From sequence record DRR378314_391: a stretch of 64,000 bases of DNA. The stretch is one strand, 5' to 3'. This document shows, in pieces, positions 30,443-40,908 of the stretch (positions are counted from its first letter, which is position 1; every line of letters begins with the position of its first letter). A program made the translations under genes and the position numbers. The notes beneath the pieces are model-generated. The model saw nothing but the letters and a program-made list of their open reading frames with translations, made no database searches and was not told the origin of the DNA.

Positions 30443-31899
30443 TCTGCCTTGGCCCGCGCAATGGCTGCCGTCGTCGACTGGCCGTCCACAAGCGGTACGA
30501 TATGCACGCTGCCCCCACGCGCCTGCACGATGTCCGCGCCGACAATCGTTTCGATCGTGTAGTCTCCGCCCTTCACCAGCAAATCCGGCTGCAGGGCCTC
30601 AATCAGTGCCTGCGGCGTGTCATCCTCAAAGACAACCACGGCGTCCACAGCCATCAGGCCGGACAGGACCCGCGCCCGGGAATCGGCATCATTTACCGGC
30701 CGGGTGGGGCCTTTGAGGCGCTTGACGGACGCGTCAGAGTTCAGTCCCACCACGAGCCGCCCACAGCGCGACTTTGCCTCTTCCAGAACCCGCAGATGCC
30801 CTGGGTGAAGAATGTCAAAACAGCCATTGGTGAAGCCCACAGTCAGGCCCGCTTCACGCCAGGCGGCGATCTGCGAAGTCGCGGCCTCAACCGACAGATA
30901 GCTGACGCCTCCATTGTGCAGTCCCAATTGCAGGGCTGAGAGCAATTCACTGGCCGAGACCGTCGCCGTGCCGGCCTTGCCAACTGCAATGCCGGACGCC
31001 GCGATCGCCAGCGCCACCGCATCGGCAAGGTCGCCGCCCCCCGCAAGGCCAAGCGCCAGTGCGGCAATACTCGTATCGCCTGCGCCGGAAACATCATAAA
31101 CCTCCCGCGCCTGCCCGCTCAGATGCACGATCGGCTCGCCATTTGCGGCATAGGACATTCCCTTCGCGGCGCGCGTGACCACAATCGACTTCGCGGGCAG
31201 CGCCGTCTGCGCCGCCGTCAGCGCGTCTTCGATCTCCTGATCGGTCTCGACCGGCAGCCGCATGGCGGTTGAGAGTTCGCTGGCATTCGGCTTGATCAGG
31301 TCCACCGCGCCATACCTGGCGAAATCCCGCCCCTTCGGGTCTGCGATCACAGGAATGCCATACGTCTTCCCGGCTGCCAGCGCCGCGGCAATGACACCAT
31401 CCGTGACGGCACCCTTGGCATAGTCTGACAGGATGATGACGCTGGCCCGACTGGCTTCATCGGCGATGGAGGCGATCAATTCCGCCTCGGACGCCGCGCC
31501 GATGGGGCTCGTATCTTCAGCGTCCACGCGCAGCAATTGCTGGCCACCCGCCACAAAACGCGTCTTCAGCGTCGTCGCTCGCTCACGCATGGCGATCAGG
31601 TCCGCTTCCACGCCATCGATATCGCCCAGCAGCGCGGCCAACTCGCGGCCTTCGCCATCATCGCCGACCACACCGATCAGCGACACGGCAAGACCCAGCG
31701 ACGCCAGATTTCGCGCCACATTGCCCGCGCCGCCCGGCATGGCCGATTCCCGCGTCCGACGCATGATGGGCACAGGCGCTTCGGGAGAGATGCGCGTCAC
31801 ACCGCCATAGATGAACCGGTCCAGCATGACGTCCCCGACGCAGACAATGCGTTTGCCCGCTGCAGCGCGAACGAGACCGGGAAGATGTGCGCCTGACAT
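30439..31899 (-). CDS. hldE: Bifunctional heptose 7-phosphate kinase / heptose 1-phosphate adenylyltransferase
   Basis: RISPEAPVP, DVSGAGDT, FTNGCFDILHPGH, KGGDY. Confidence 0.95.
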   Translation of the reverse strand: MSGAHLPGLVRAAAGKRIVCVGDVMLDRFIYGGVTRISPEAPVPIMRRTRESAMPGGAGNVARNLASLGLAVSLIGVVGDDGEGRELAALLGDIDGVEADLIAMRERATTLKTRFVAGGQQLLRVDAEDTSPIGAASEAELIASIADEASRASVIILSDYAKGAVTDGVIAAALAAGKTYGIPVIADPKGRDFARYGAVDLIKPNASELSTAMRLPVETDQEIEDALTAAQTALPAKSIVVTRAAKGMSYAANGEPIVHLSGQAREVYDVSGAGDTSIAALALGLAGGGDLADAVALAIAASGIAVGKAGTATVSASELLSALQLGLHNGGVSYLSVEAATSQIAAWREAGLTVGFTNGCFDILHPGHLRVLEEAKSRCGRLVVGLNSDASVKRLKGPTRPVNDADSRARVLSGLMAVDAVVVFEDDTPQALIEALQPDLLVKGGDYTIETIVGADIVQARGGSVHIVPLVDGQSTTAAIARAKAE

Positions 31900-31995
31900 A
31901 ATTCGTGAATCCCTTTGGGGGTTTTGATTCTGAGCCGTTTTTAAGTGGTATACCTGTCCATATAGGGTGGCGGAAGGCTAAGGCTCACTCCGGCG

Positions 31996-32021
31996 TGATC
32001 CAATCTGCGCGCCCATGCGTA
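31996..32021 (+). promoter_or_regulatory. SigmaE (RpoE-ChrR, ECF11) type promoter
   Basis: TGATCC-N15-GCGTA ending 38 nt before the photolyase start. Confidence 0.8.
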
Positions 32022-32059
32022 AACACATCAGAACCGCTCGCATGCAATCCGGAGGTCTT

Positions 32060-33514
32060 GTGTCACAATCTGCGCCCGCCATCGTCTGGTTCAGGGAAGA
32101 TCTGCGTTTATCGGACAATCCTGCATTGCATGCTGCAGTGGCATCGCATCGGCCGCTTATCCTGCTTTACATCCACGATGAAGAAACAGACGGCCTGCGC
32201 CATCATGGCGGAGCATCGAAATGGTGGCTCGACAAATCCCTCCGTGCGCTCGCGGGCGACATAGAAGCCGCTGGCGCCCAGTTGACCCTGCGCTCTGGCA
32301 AATCCAACGAAGTCCTCGATGCTGTCCTGAACGTCACCGGGGCGGACGCGGTGTTCTGGAACCGTCGCTACGACAAGCCTGAGCGCGATCTGGACGCCCG
32401 CATCAAGGAAGATCTCACCGAACGCGGCATCGACGTGACCAGCTATAATGGCCGCCTGCTCAACGAGCCCTGGGCGGTCGAAACCAATGCGGGTGGCTAT
32501 TACAAGGTCTTCACCCCCTATTGGAAACAAGCACGCCAGTGCATCAATGCCCGCGACACGTATGGTCGTCACAAGACGCTGAACGGACCGGACGTCGACA
32601 GCGAGTCTCTCGACGATTGGGGCCTGCATCCAACCAAGCCAGACTGGTCGACCGGCTTCGACGATTGGACGCCCGGAGAGGACGGCGCACTCGCCCGGCT
32701 GGAGGAATTCCTCGACGGGCCGATCAATGGCTACAAGGACAATCGCAACCGGCCTGACTTGGACTGGTCGACATCCGGCCTGTCCCCGCATCTCCGCTTC
32801 GGAGAAATTGGCCCGCTGCAGATCTGGCGCGCTGTCCATGCCGGCATGGAGGCGGGCAATATCCACGAAAAGGATGGCATGCATTTCCTGTCTGAAGTGG
32901 GTTGGCGCGAATTCTCCCACACGCTGCTCTACTACAATCCGGACCTCGCGACGGAGAACTACAACGACTCCTTCCAGCATATGCCCTGGCGCACAGACGA
33001 GACCGCGCTGGACGCATGGAAGAAAGGCCAGACCGGCTATCCGATGGTCGATGCCGGGATGCGCCAGCTCTGGCAGACCGGCTGGATGCACAACCGGGTA
33101 CGAATGATTGTGGCGTCCTTCCTGACCAAGCATCTTCTTCTGCCGTGGCAAGAAGGCGAAAAGTGGTTCTGGGACACGCTGGTCGATGCTGATCCGGCGA
33201 ACAATTCAGCCAGTTGGCAATGGACAGCAGGGTCTGGCGCAGACGCTGCGCCCTATTTCCGCGTCTTCAACCCGATCAGCCAGGGAACCAAGTTTGACGA
33301 ATCCGGCGACTATGTGCGCCGCTTCTGTCCGGAACTGAAAGACCTGCCCGACAAATACCTCCACGCCCCGTGGGAGGCCGACAAGGCCACGCTGAAGAAA
33401 GCCGGCATCACGCTGGGCGAGACCTATCCGAAACCTATTGTCGACCATTCTGCCGCGCGCCAGAGCGCCCTCGACGCCTATGATACGCTGAAAGAAAAAA
33501 GAGACGCCTCATGA
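32060..33514 (+). CDS. phr: Deoxyribodipyrimidine photolyase
   Basis: WFREDLRLSDNPAL, TSGLSPHLRFGEI, GWMHNRVRMIVASF, DAAPYFRVFNP; GTG start after GGAGG. Confidence 0.95.
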   Translation: MSQSAPAIVWFREDLRLSDNPALHAAVASHRPLILLYIHDEETDGLRHHGGASKWWLDKSLRALAGDIEAAGAQLTLRSGKSNEVLDAVLNVTGADAVFWNRRYDKPERDLDARIKEDLTERGIDVTSYNGRLLNEPWAVETNAGGYYKVFTPYWKQARQCINARDTYGRHKTLNGPDVDSESLDDWGLHPTKPDWSTGFDDWTPGEDGALARLEEFLDGPINGYKDNRNRPDLDWSTSGLSPHLRFGEIGPLQIWRAVHAGMEAGNIHEKDGMHFLSEVGWREFSHTLLYYNPDLATENYNDSFQHMPWRTDETALDAWKKGQTGYPMVDAGMRQLWQTGWMHNRVRMIVASFLTKHLLLPWQEGEKWFWDTLVDADPANNSASWQWTAGSGADAAPYFRVFNPISQGTKFDESGDYVRRFCPELKDLPDKYLHAPWEADKATLKKAGITLGETYPKPIVDHSAARQSALDAYDTLKEKRDAS

Positions 33515-34827
33515 AGAAAATCGCCATCATCGGTTCCGGCATATCGGGTCTCGGCGCGGCCTGGGCGCTGCGCAATTCCGCACACGTAACAGTTTTTGAA
33601 CAATCAGGCCGGGCCGGGGGGCACGCATGCACGCATGCGTTCGACTATGACGGTCATGAAACGCGGGTCGATCTCGGCTTCATTGTCTACAATGCGCTGA
33701 ACTATCCGAACCTGATCGGCTTCTTTGATGCGCTCGGCGTCGAGACGCAGGCGTCGGATATGAGTTTCTCCGTGTCCGACCCGAACGGCTGGGAATGGGC
33801 CTCGACCCTGAACGGCATCTTCGCCCAGCGCCGCAACCTGCTCAGCCCGCGTTTCCACCGCTTCTGGCGCACCATCCTGCGCTTCAACGACATTGCCCGC
33901 GAAGAACTCGCCGCCGGACACATCACCGATACAACGCTCGGCGCCTGGCTGGAGCGGCACGGCTTCGACGAGGATTTCCGCGTCAATTACATCCTGCCAA
34001 TGGGCGCGGCGATCTGGTCGACCTGTGAAGACAAGATGCTCGACTATCCCGCCATGAGCTTCTTCCAGTTCTTCGACAATCACCGCCTGATGCACAAGGA
34101 GCGCCCGAAATGGCGCACCGTGGCCGGCGGCAGCGATCACTATGTCCGCCGCGTTGTGGACACGCTCGGCGACCGTATGCGCCTCGATACGGGCGTCGAG
34201 CGTCTTTTCCCCTTCGGTCACCAGACCGCCCTCGTCACGTCGGATGGCCGCCGCGAGGTGTTTGACGAAGTCATCATCGCCACGCATTCAGATCAGGCCC
34301 TGCGCCTGACGCAGGAACACTACGAAGATCAGGCCTTTCTGCTCCGCTCCGTTCGCTATCGCCCGAACCGCATCTATCTGCACCGCGACCCTGCCCTGAT
34401 GCCCGCCCGCAAGGCGGCATGGGCCAGCTGGAACGTGCTGAAGCAGGACAGCGGAGACATCTGCCTGACCTATTGGATGAACCGCCTTCAGGGCCTGCCG
34501 GATGAACGCCCGCTGTTCATCACGCTGAACCCGGATACACCGCCGCGCGACGATCTGGTCTTTCACGAATACGAGTTCGACCATCCGCAGTTCGACGCGG
34601 CCGCCGAGGCTGCCGTGCGTGGCCTGAAGCGCATTCAGGGGCAGGATGGCCTCTGGATCGCCGGGGCCTGGATGGGGCGCGGCTTCCACGAAGATGGCCT
34701 GAAATCCGGCCTGTCGCCTGCGCTTTCGCTCGGCGGTTCGGTTCCGTGGACACCGGAAGGCGTGGACATCGTGCAGCCAATGCGCAAGCCTCGCCTTGTG
34801 GAAGTCGCTGCCGAGGTATCTGTGTGA
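33511..34827 (+). CDS. FAD-dependent oxidoreductase, UfaD/RSP_1091-like
   Basis: IGSGISGL, VDLGFIVYN..NYPN, AWASWN, TYWMNRLQ, GFHEDG. Confidence 0.85.
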   Translation: MKKIAIIGSGISGLGAAWALRNSAHVTVFEQSGRAGGHACTHAFDYDGHETRVDLGFIVYNALNYPNLIGFFDALGVETQASDMSFSVSDPNGWEWASTLNGIFAQRRNLLSPRFHRFWRTILRFNDIAREELAAGHITDTTLGAWLERHGFDEDFRVNYILPMGAAIWSTCEDKMLDYPAMSFFQFFDNHRLMHKERPKWRTVAGGSDHYVRRVVDTLGDRMRLDTGVERLFPFGHQTALVTSDGRREVFDEVIIATHSDQALRLTQEHYEDQAFLLRSVRYRPNRIYLHRDPALMPARKAAWASWNVLKQDSGDICLTYWMNRLQGLPDERPLFITLNPDTPPRDDLVFHEYEFDHPQFDAAAEAAVRGLKRIQGQDGLWIAGAWMGRGFHEDGLKSGLSPALSLGGSVPWTPEGVDIVQPMRKPRLVEVAAEVSV

Positions 34828-35645
34828 CGAACCTGACCGCCCAGCCAGCCCTGAGCCTCTGGACCGGCCAGACCGTCCATGTGCGCTACACCCCGTTCGA
34901 GCGGCGCTTCGCCTACAAACTTGTGCTGATCGACCTGGACATCGACCGTCTCGATGAGGCCGCCGCGTCTTCAGCCCTGTTCAGTGTCAACGCTCCGGGC
35001 CTGTTTGCCTTTCGCGAACAGGATCATGGGCCGAAACAGGCGGGCGCGCCCTTGCGTCCCTGGGCTGAGGCGGAACTCGCCAAGGCAGGTGTCAGCCTCG
35101 ATGGCGGCGCGATCCGGCTTGTCACCTTCCCGCGCCACCTGTTCTACAAGTTCGCGCCACTCTCGCTCTGGTATGGCTACGGACCGGATGGCGACCTTCG
35201 CGGTATCATCTATGAAGTGAACAACACTTTCGGCGAAAGCCATAGCTATGTCGCCGCCGTAAAGGCCGGCCGCAACCGTCACAGCGCGCCGAAATCCTTC
35301 CACGTCTCGCCATTCTTCGACGTGACCGGAACCTATCGCTTCACCCTGCGTTCGCCGGAAGACAAATTGGGGGTGGTCGTGGAAAGCCTGAAAGACGGAA
35401 ATTGCCTGCACATGGCCAATATCACGGCCCGCAAGCGGCCTGCGACCCGCGCAAACCTTCTCAAACTCGCTGTGACAAACCCACTTTCCACGCTTGGCGT
35501 AACCGTCGGGATCCACTGGCAGGCCTTGAAGATCTGGCTGCGCGGCGCAGGCTATCGCAGCAAACCCAATCCGCCAGAAACAACCTCAACCATTGCCTTG
35601 CCGTTACAGATACGTAATGCTGGGAAACGGAGGGATGCCGCATGA
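34824..35645 (+). CDS. DUF1365 family protein, UfaO/RSP_1090-like
   Basis: H.R..P....F.Y, YEVNNTFGESHSY, KSFHVSPFF, IHWQALKIW. Confidence 0.88.
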   Translation: MTNLTAQPALSLWTGQTVHVRYTPFERRFAYKLVLIDLDIDRLDEAAASSALFSVNAPGLFAFREQDHGPKQAGAPLRPWAEAELAKAGVSLDGGAIRLVTFPRHLFYKFAPLSLWYGYGPDGDLRGIIYEVNNTFGESHSYVAAVKAGRNRHSAPKSFHVSPFFDVTGTYRFTLRSPEDKLGVVVESLKDGNCLHMANITARKRPATRANLLKLAVTNPLSTLGVTVGIHWQALKIWLRGAGYRSKPNPPETTSTIALPLQIRNAGKRRDAA

Positions 35646-36865
35646 CCGAGGTCATACACGCCAGCGCCCAGACCATTCGGAACCTCAAGGATGTTCCGAC
35701 AAGCTTTCGTCTGGCCGCCTTCGCGCTGCTGAACACACAGAGTGGCAGCATATCCTTTGTCCTGCCGGGTGATCGTGTCCTGGAATACCGACATGACAAA
35801 ACCGGTCCGCACGCGACCATTATCGTGCACAATTACGACTTCGTGAAACGCGCCATGGCAGGCGGGGATGTCGGCTTTGCCGAGGCGTATATGGATGGCG
35901 ACTGGTCCACGCCGGACCTGACCGCCGTGTTGCGCTTCTTCTCGGCCAATTTCGACAATATCGGAAAGCTTGCCGTAGGCGGAACGCTTGTTCGCTGGAT
36001 CAACATGGTTCGCCATATCTTCAATCGCAACTCCCGCGAGGGCGCGAAGAAGAACATCATGGCCCATTATGATCTGGGTAATGATTTCTACAGCCTTTGG
36101 CTGGATCCCAGCATGACCTATTCCTCGGCCATCTTCGATAACCCGAACATGAGCCTCGAACAGGGCCAGCACAACAAATACAGCAACATCTGTGACCGGA
36201 TCAGTGCCGGGCCGTCTTCGGAAATTCTCGAAATTGGGTGCGGCTGGGGCGGCTTTGCCGAGTACGCCGCCAAGCATCGCGGCTCGAAAGTCACCTGCCT
36301 GACCATTTCGCCCTCACAGCGCGACTTTGCCATGCAACGGATGCAGAAGCAGGGCCTGAACGAGCGCGTCGAGATCCGGCTGGAAGACTACCGGGATCAC
36401 AAAGGTTCCTATGATGGCGTCGCCTCCATCGAGATGTTCGAAGCGGTCGGGGAATCGTACTGGCCCAGCTATTTCGCAAAAATCTTCGAGAGCCTGAAAC
36501 AGGGCGGCAAGGCGGCGCTGCAGATCATCACGATTGATGACCATCTCTTCCCCAGATACCGCAAGCGGGTGGACTTCATCCAGCGCCACATCTTTCCGGG
36601 CGGCATGTTGCCCAGCGAGACAGCGCTGAAAGACCAGTTCCAGTCTGCGGGCCTGCGCCATGATGGCGTCACCTATTTCGGCCAGGATTATGCCCGCACC
36701 TGCCGTGAGTGGGCGCGTGATTTCAACGCCAATTGGGACACGATCTCGAAATTGGATTTCGACGAGCCTTTCCGACGCATGTGGAATTTCTACCTGTCCT
36801 ACTGCGAAGCGGGCTTCACCGATGGCCGCATCAATGTCGGCCAGTTCCAGGTGTCAAAGGCTTAG
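35642..36865 (+). CDS. Cyclopropane-fatty-acyl-phospholipid synthase family methyltransferase (CfaS/UfaM-like)
   Basis: HYDLGNDFY, MTYSSA, EIGCGWGG, SIEMFEAVG, IFPGG, YLSYCEAGF. Confidence 0.92.
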   Translation: MTEVIHASAQTIRNLKDVPTSFRLAAFALLNTQSGSISFVLPGDRVLEYRHDKTGPHATIIVHNYDFVKRAMAGGDVGFAEAYMDGDWSTPDLTAVLRFFSANFDNIGKLAVGGTLVRWINMVRHIFNRNSREGAKKNIMAHYDLGNDFYSLWLDPSMTYSSAIFDNPNMSLEQGQHNKYSNICDRISAGPSSEILEIGCGWGGFAEYAAKHRGSKVTCLTISPSQRDFAMQRMQKQGLNERVEIRLEDYRDHKGSYDGVASIEMFEAVGESYWPSYFAKIFESLKQGGKAALQIITIDDHLFPRYRKRVDFIQRHIFPGGMLPSETALKDQFQSAGLRHDGVTYFGQDYARTCREWARDFNANWDTISKLDFDEPFRRMWNFYLSYCEAGFTDGRINVGQFQVSKA

Positions 36866-36988
36866 GTTCGCTCCGCCTCCGGGGAGACGGCCCCCGTAAC
36901 GCCTCACAAACCTCCCCGAAACTTCAACAAAAACAACACCCCACCAAATCCGAATCCGACAGGTAAATCCGCCGCGCATCCTGCTCGC

Positions 36989-37672
36989 ATGTCGGATTTG
37001 CGCTACACCCCTCCCACCGAAATTCGTTCAGCGGTCTGGCTGATGCTGAACGTGCTCAGCCTCGCCGTGATCTCCTTGCGAGAGCGGTTTGGCATTGCGC
37101 CGTGTACGCCTTTCTTGCCCCGGCATGTGCTCAGCAGCCTGTCCAGCTTTCTGGCCCAGGCTGAACCGGCGCTGCGCCGATGTCTCTATCTCAGCGCGGC
37201 AGAGCTCGGCGCCCTGCCCGCACCGGCCCCCATCATGGCGTCGCCTAACAGGAAATCCGGGCCCGGCAATGCCGTCGCCCGTTCGTCGGCACCTCCGACA
37301 TTCCGATTGTTCGAAGCCGGCTCAGGCCGCAAGGACGCGTCACCCCCACCCAAGACCTTCCGCACCGGTCCGCGCATCCGCTTCCTTGATGGAGATGATA
37401 CGCCAGACATTCACGAATATGATGTGAACTCTGATGACATCCTGCCGGCTCGCGCACTCGTGCGTCGGCTGGCCGCCATGGACCACGCGCTCGACCATCG
37501 AGATGTCTACATCCGCAAGCTCCGCCGCGCCCTCGGTGCGCCGCGAGCCCTGCTCAAACCCATCGGCAAACGCCTCTACCGGCGCGGCCCGCTCAGCTTC
37601 CTGCAATGCCAGACGGCCCGGGCACTGGAGGCGGAAGCGCAGGTCGTGCAGCCCTATTTCAATTCATCCTGA
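36989..37672 (+). CDS. Hypothetical protein
   Basis: 227-aa ORF filling the gap; AEPALRR, GPRI, RRLAAM..ALD motifs; no SD. Confidence 0.65.
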   Translation: MSDLRYTPPTEIRSAVWLMLNVLSLAVISLRERFGIAPCTPFLPRHVLSSLSSFLAQAEPALRRCLYLSAAELGALPAPAPIMASPNRKSGPGNAVARSSAPPTFRLFEAGSGRKDASPPPKTFRTGPRIRFLDGDDTPDIHEYDVNSDDILPARALVRRLAAMDHALDHRDVYIRKLRRALGAPRALLKPIGKRLYRRGPLSFLQCQTARALEAEAQVVQPYFNSS

Positions 37673-37824
37673 TACGCACGATATGAAAACCCTCACTGGC
37701 CGGAGCCTCTCCGCGCCGGATGCTTGTGCTGGTCGTCTCGCCGCGTCACACCCGATGAGCGCAGCTCATCTGGGGGCCCATCTCCCAATCGGACTGCTGG
37801 CGGATGACAGGAGGGGGCTAATCC

Positions 37825-39525
<1,701 letters not shown>

Positions 39526-39990
39526 TTATTGGGGATTGCCCGTTTCCTCGTCAGAAACCGGTGCCGTATCTTCCGGCGCGGCGTCTGCCGTCGGGTCGAT
39601 CAGAACACCCGGCTCAACCGCTTCCGGCGCTGGCGTGGCAGACAGGCCATCCTGTCCTTCCAGCAACGGCGCCGTTGGGTCGAGCAGGTCGACCGGGCCG
39701 CTTGCACCGTCTTCATCCGCGCCCAGCGCGCGCTCGACTTCGGTGCGCGTGTCATTGTTGCGGTTCGCCAGCGTGGTCAGGCCCAGGCTGGTCAGGAAGA
39801 AAATGCCGCCAAACATGATCGTGGACCGCACCAGCGCGCCTGCAGCGCCGCGCCCGGACAGCAGCGATCCTGCGCCGCCGCCACCGCCGCCGCCGATGCC
39901 GAGACCGCCACCTTCAGACTTCTGAAGAAGGACCAGGCCCGTCATGACGATACAGGCAATGATGTGGACAACGAGGATGACGTTCTGCAT
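39526..39990 (-). CDS. secG: Preprotein translocase subunit SecG
   Basis: VLLQKSEGGGLG, two TM segments, tpiA-secG-pyrG synteny. Confidence 0.93.
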   Translation of the reverse strand: MQNVILVVHIIACIVMTGLVLLQKSEGGGLGIGGGGGGGAGSLLSGRGAAGALVRSTIMFGGIFFLTSLGLTTLANRNNDTRTEVERALGADEDGASGPVDLLDPTAPLLEGQDGLSATPAPEAVEPGVLIDPTADAAPEDTAPVSDEETGNPQ

Positions 39991-40073
39991 GGCTGGTGCG
40001 TTTCCAGTAAAATTCAAGCAGCCCGCATATCGCCATTGCGCGCGGGAGCCAAGCCTTGGGGTTCAGTCTTTGG

Positions 40074-40823
40074 TTACTTTGCTTGAGCGTAAATGGCGAG
40101 GAAGTCGTCCGCCTTCAAGCTTGCGCCCCCGATAAGACCGCCATTTACATCCTTTACTTCAAGGATTTCAGCAGCGTTACCCGGCTTCATGCTGCCACCA
40201 TAGAGCAGCGGGATCTGGTCTGCGCCGTCCGCGCCGAATCGCTGGGCAAGACGTGTGCGAATAGCGGTATGGACCTCGTCGATCTGGTCCGGCGTGGCCA
40301 CTTCGCCTGTGCCGATGGCCCAGATTGGCTCATACGCGATCACGATTTGCTCGGCCTTCGCGCCCTCTGGAATGGAGCCGTCAATCTGGCTGGCCACGAA
40401 GTCCAGCGTCTCACCGGCCTTGCGCTGGTCCAGGCTCTCACCGATGCAGATTATCGGCGTCAGGCCTGCGCGCAGGGCTGCAGCGGCCTGTGCCGCAACG
40501 ATCTCATTGGTCTCGCCATGATCAGTGCGGCGCTCGGAATGACCGACAATTACGTGGCTTGCCCCGGCATCCGCCAGCATTTCTGCAGAGATATCACCCG
40601 TATGCGCGCCGCTCTCATTGGGGTGGCAGGTCTCACCACCCACTTTCAGTTCAGATCCGTGCGCGGCCTCCGCGGCAACCGTCAGAAGCGTGGCTGGCAC
40701 ACACAAAAGCGCCTCCACTCCGGCCTTGCCCTTGCCGACACCTGCCGCGGCATCCCGGATTTCCCCCAGGCTGGCCTTCAGGCCATTCATCTTCCAATTA
40801 CCTGCGATAAGTGTTCTGGTCAT
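40074..40823 (-). CDS. tpiA: Triosephosphate isomerase
   Basis: AGNWKMN, GHSERR, AYEPIWAIGTG, LIGGASL. Confidence 0.98.
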   Translation of the reverse strand: MTRTLIAGNWKMNGLKASLGEIRDAAAGVGKGKAGVEALLCVPATLLTVAAEAAHGSELKVGGETCHPNESGAHTGDISAEMLADAGASHVIVGHSERRTDHGETNEIVAAQAAAALRAGLTPIICIGESLDQRKAGETLDFVASQIDGSIPEGAKAEQIVIAYEPIWAIGTGEVATPDQIDEVHTAIRTRLAQRFGADGADQIPLLYGGSMKPGNAAEILEVKDVNGGLIGGASLKADDFLAIYAQAK

Positions 40824-40908
40824 AAGCTATCCCTATCTTGAAAGACCTAACGGGGTCGCCTAGCAAGCACTGGACCACTCCTCAACCTGCCAGAAAGACG
40901 CTGCCGAT

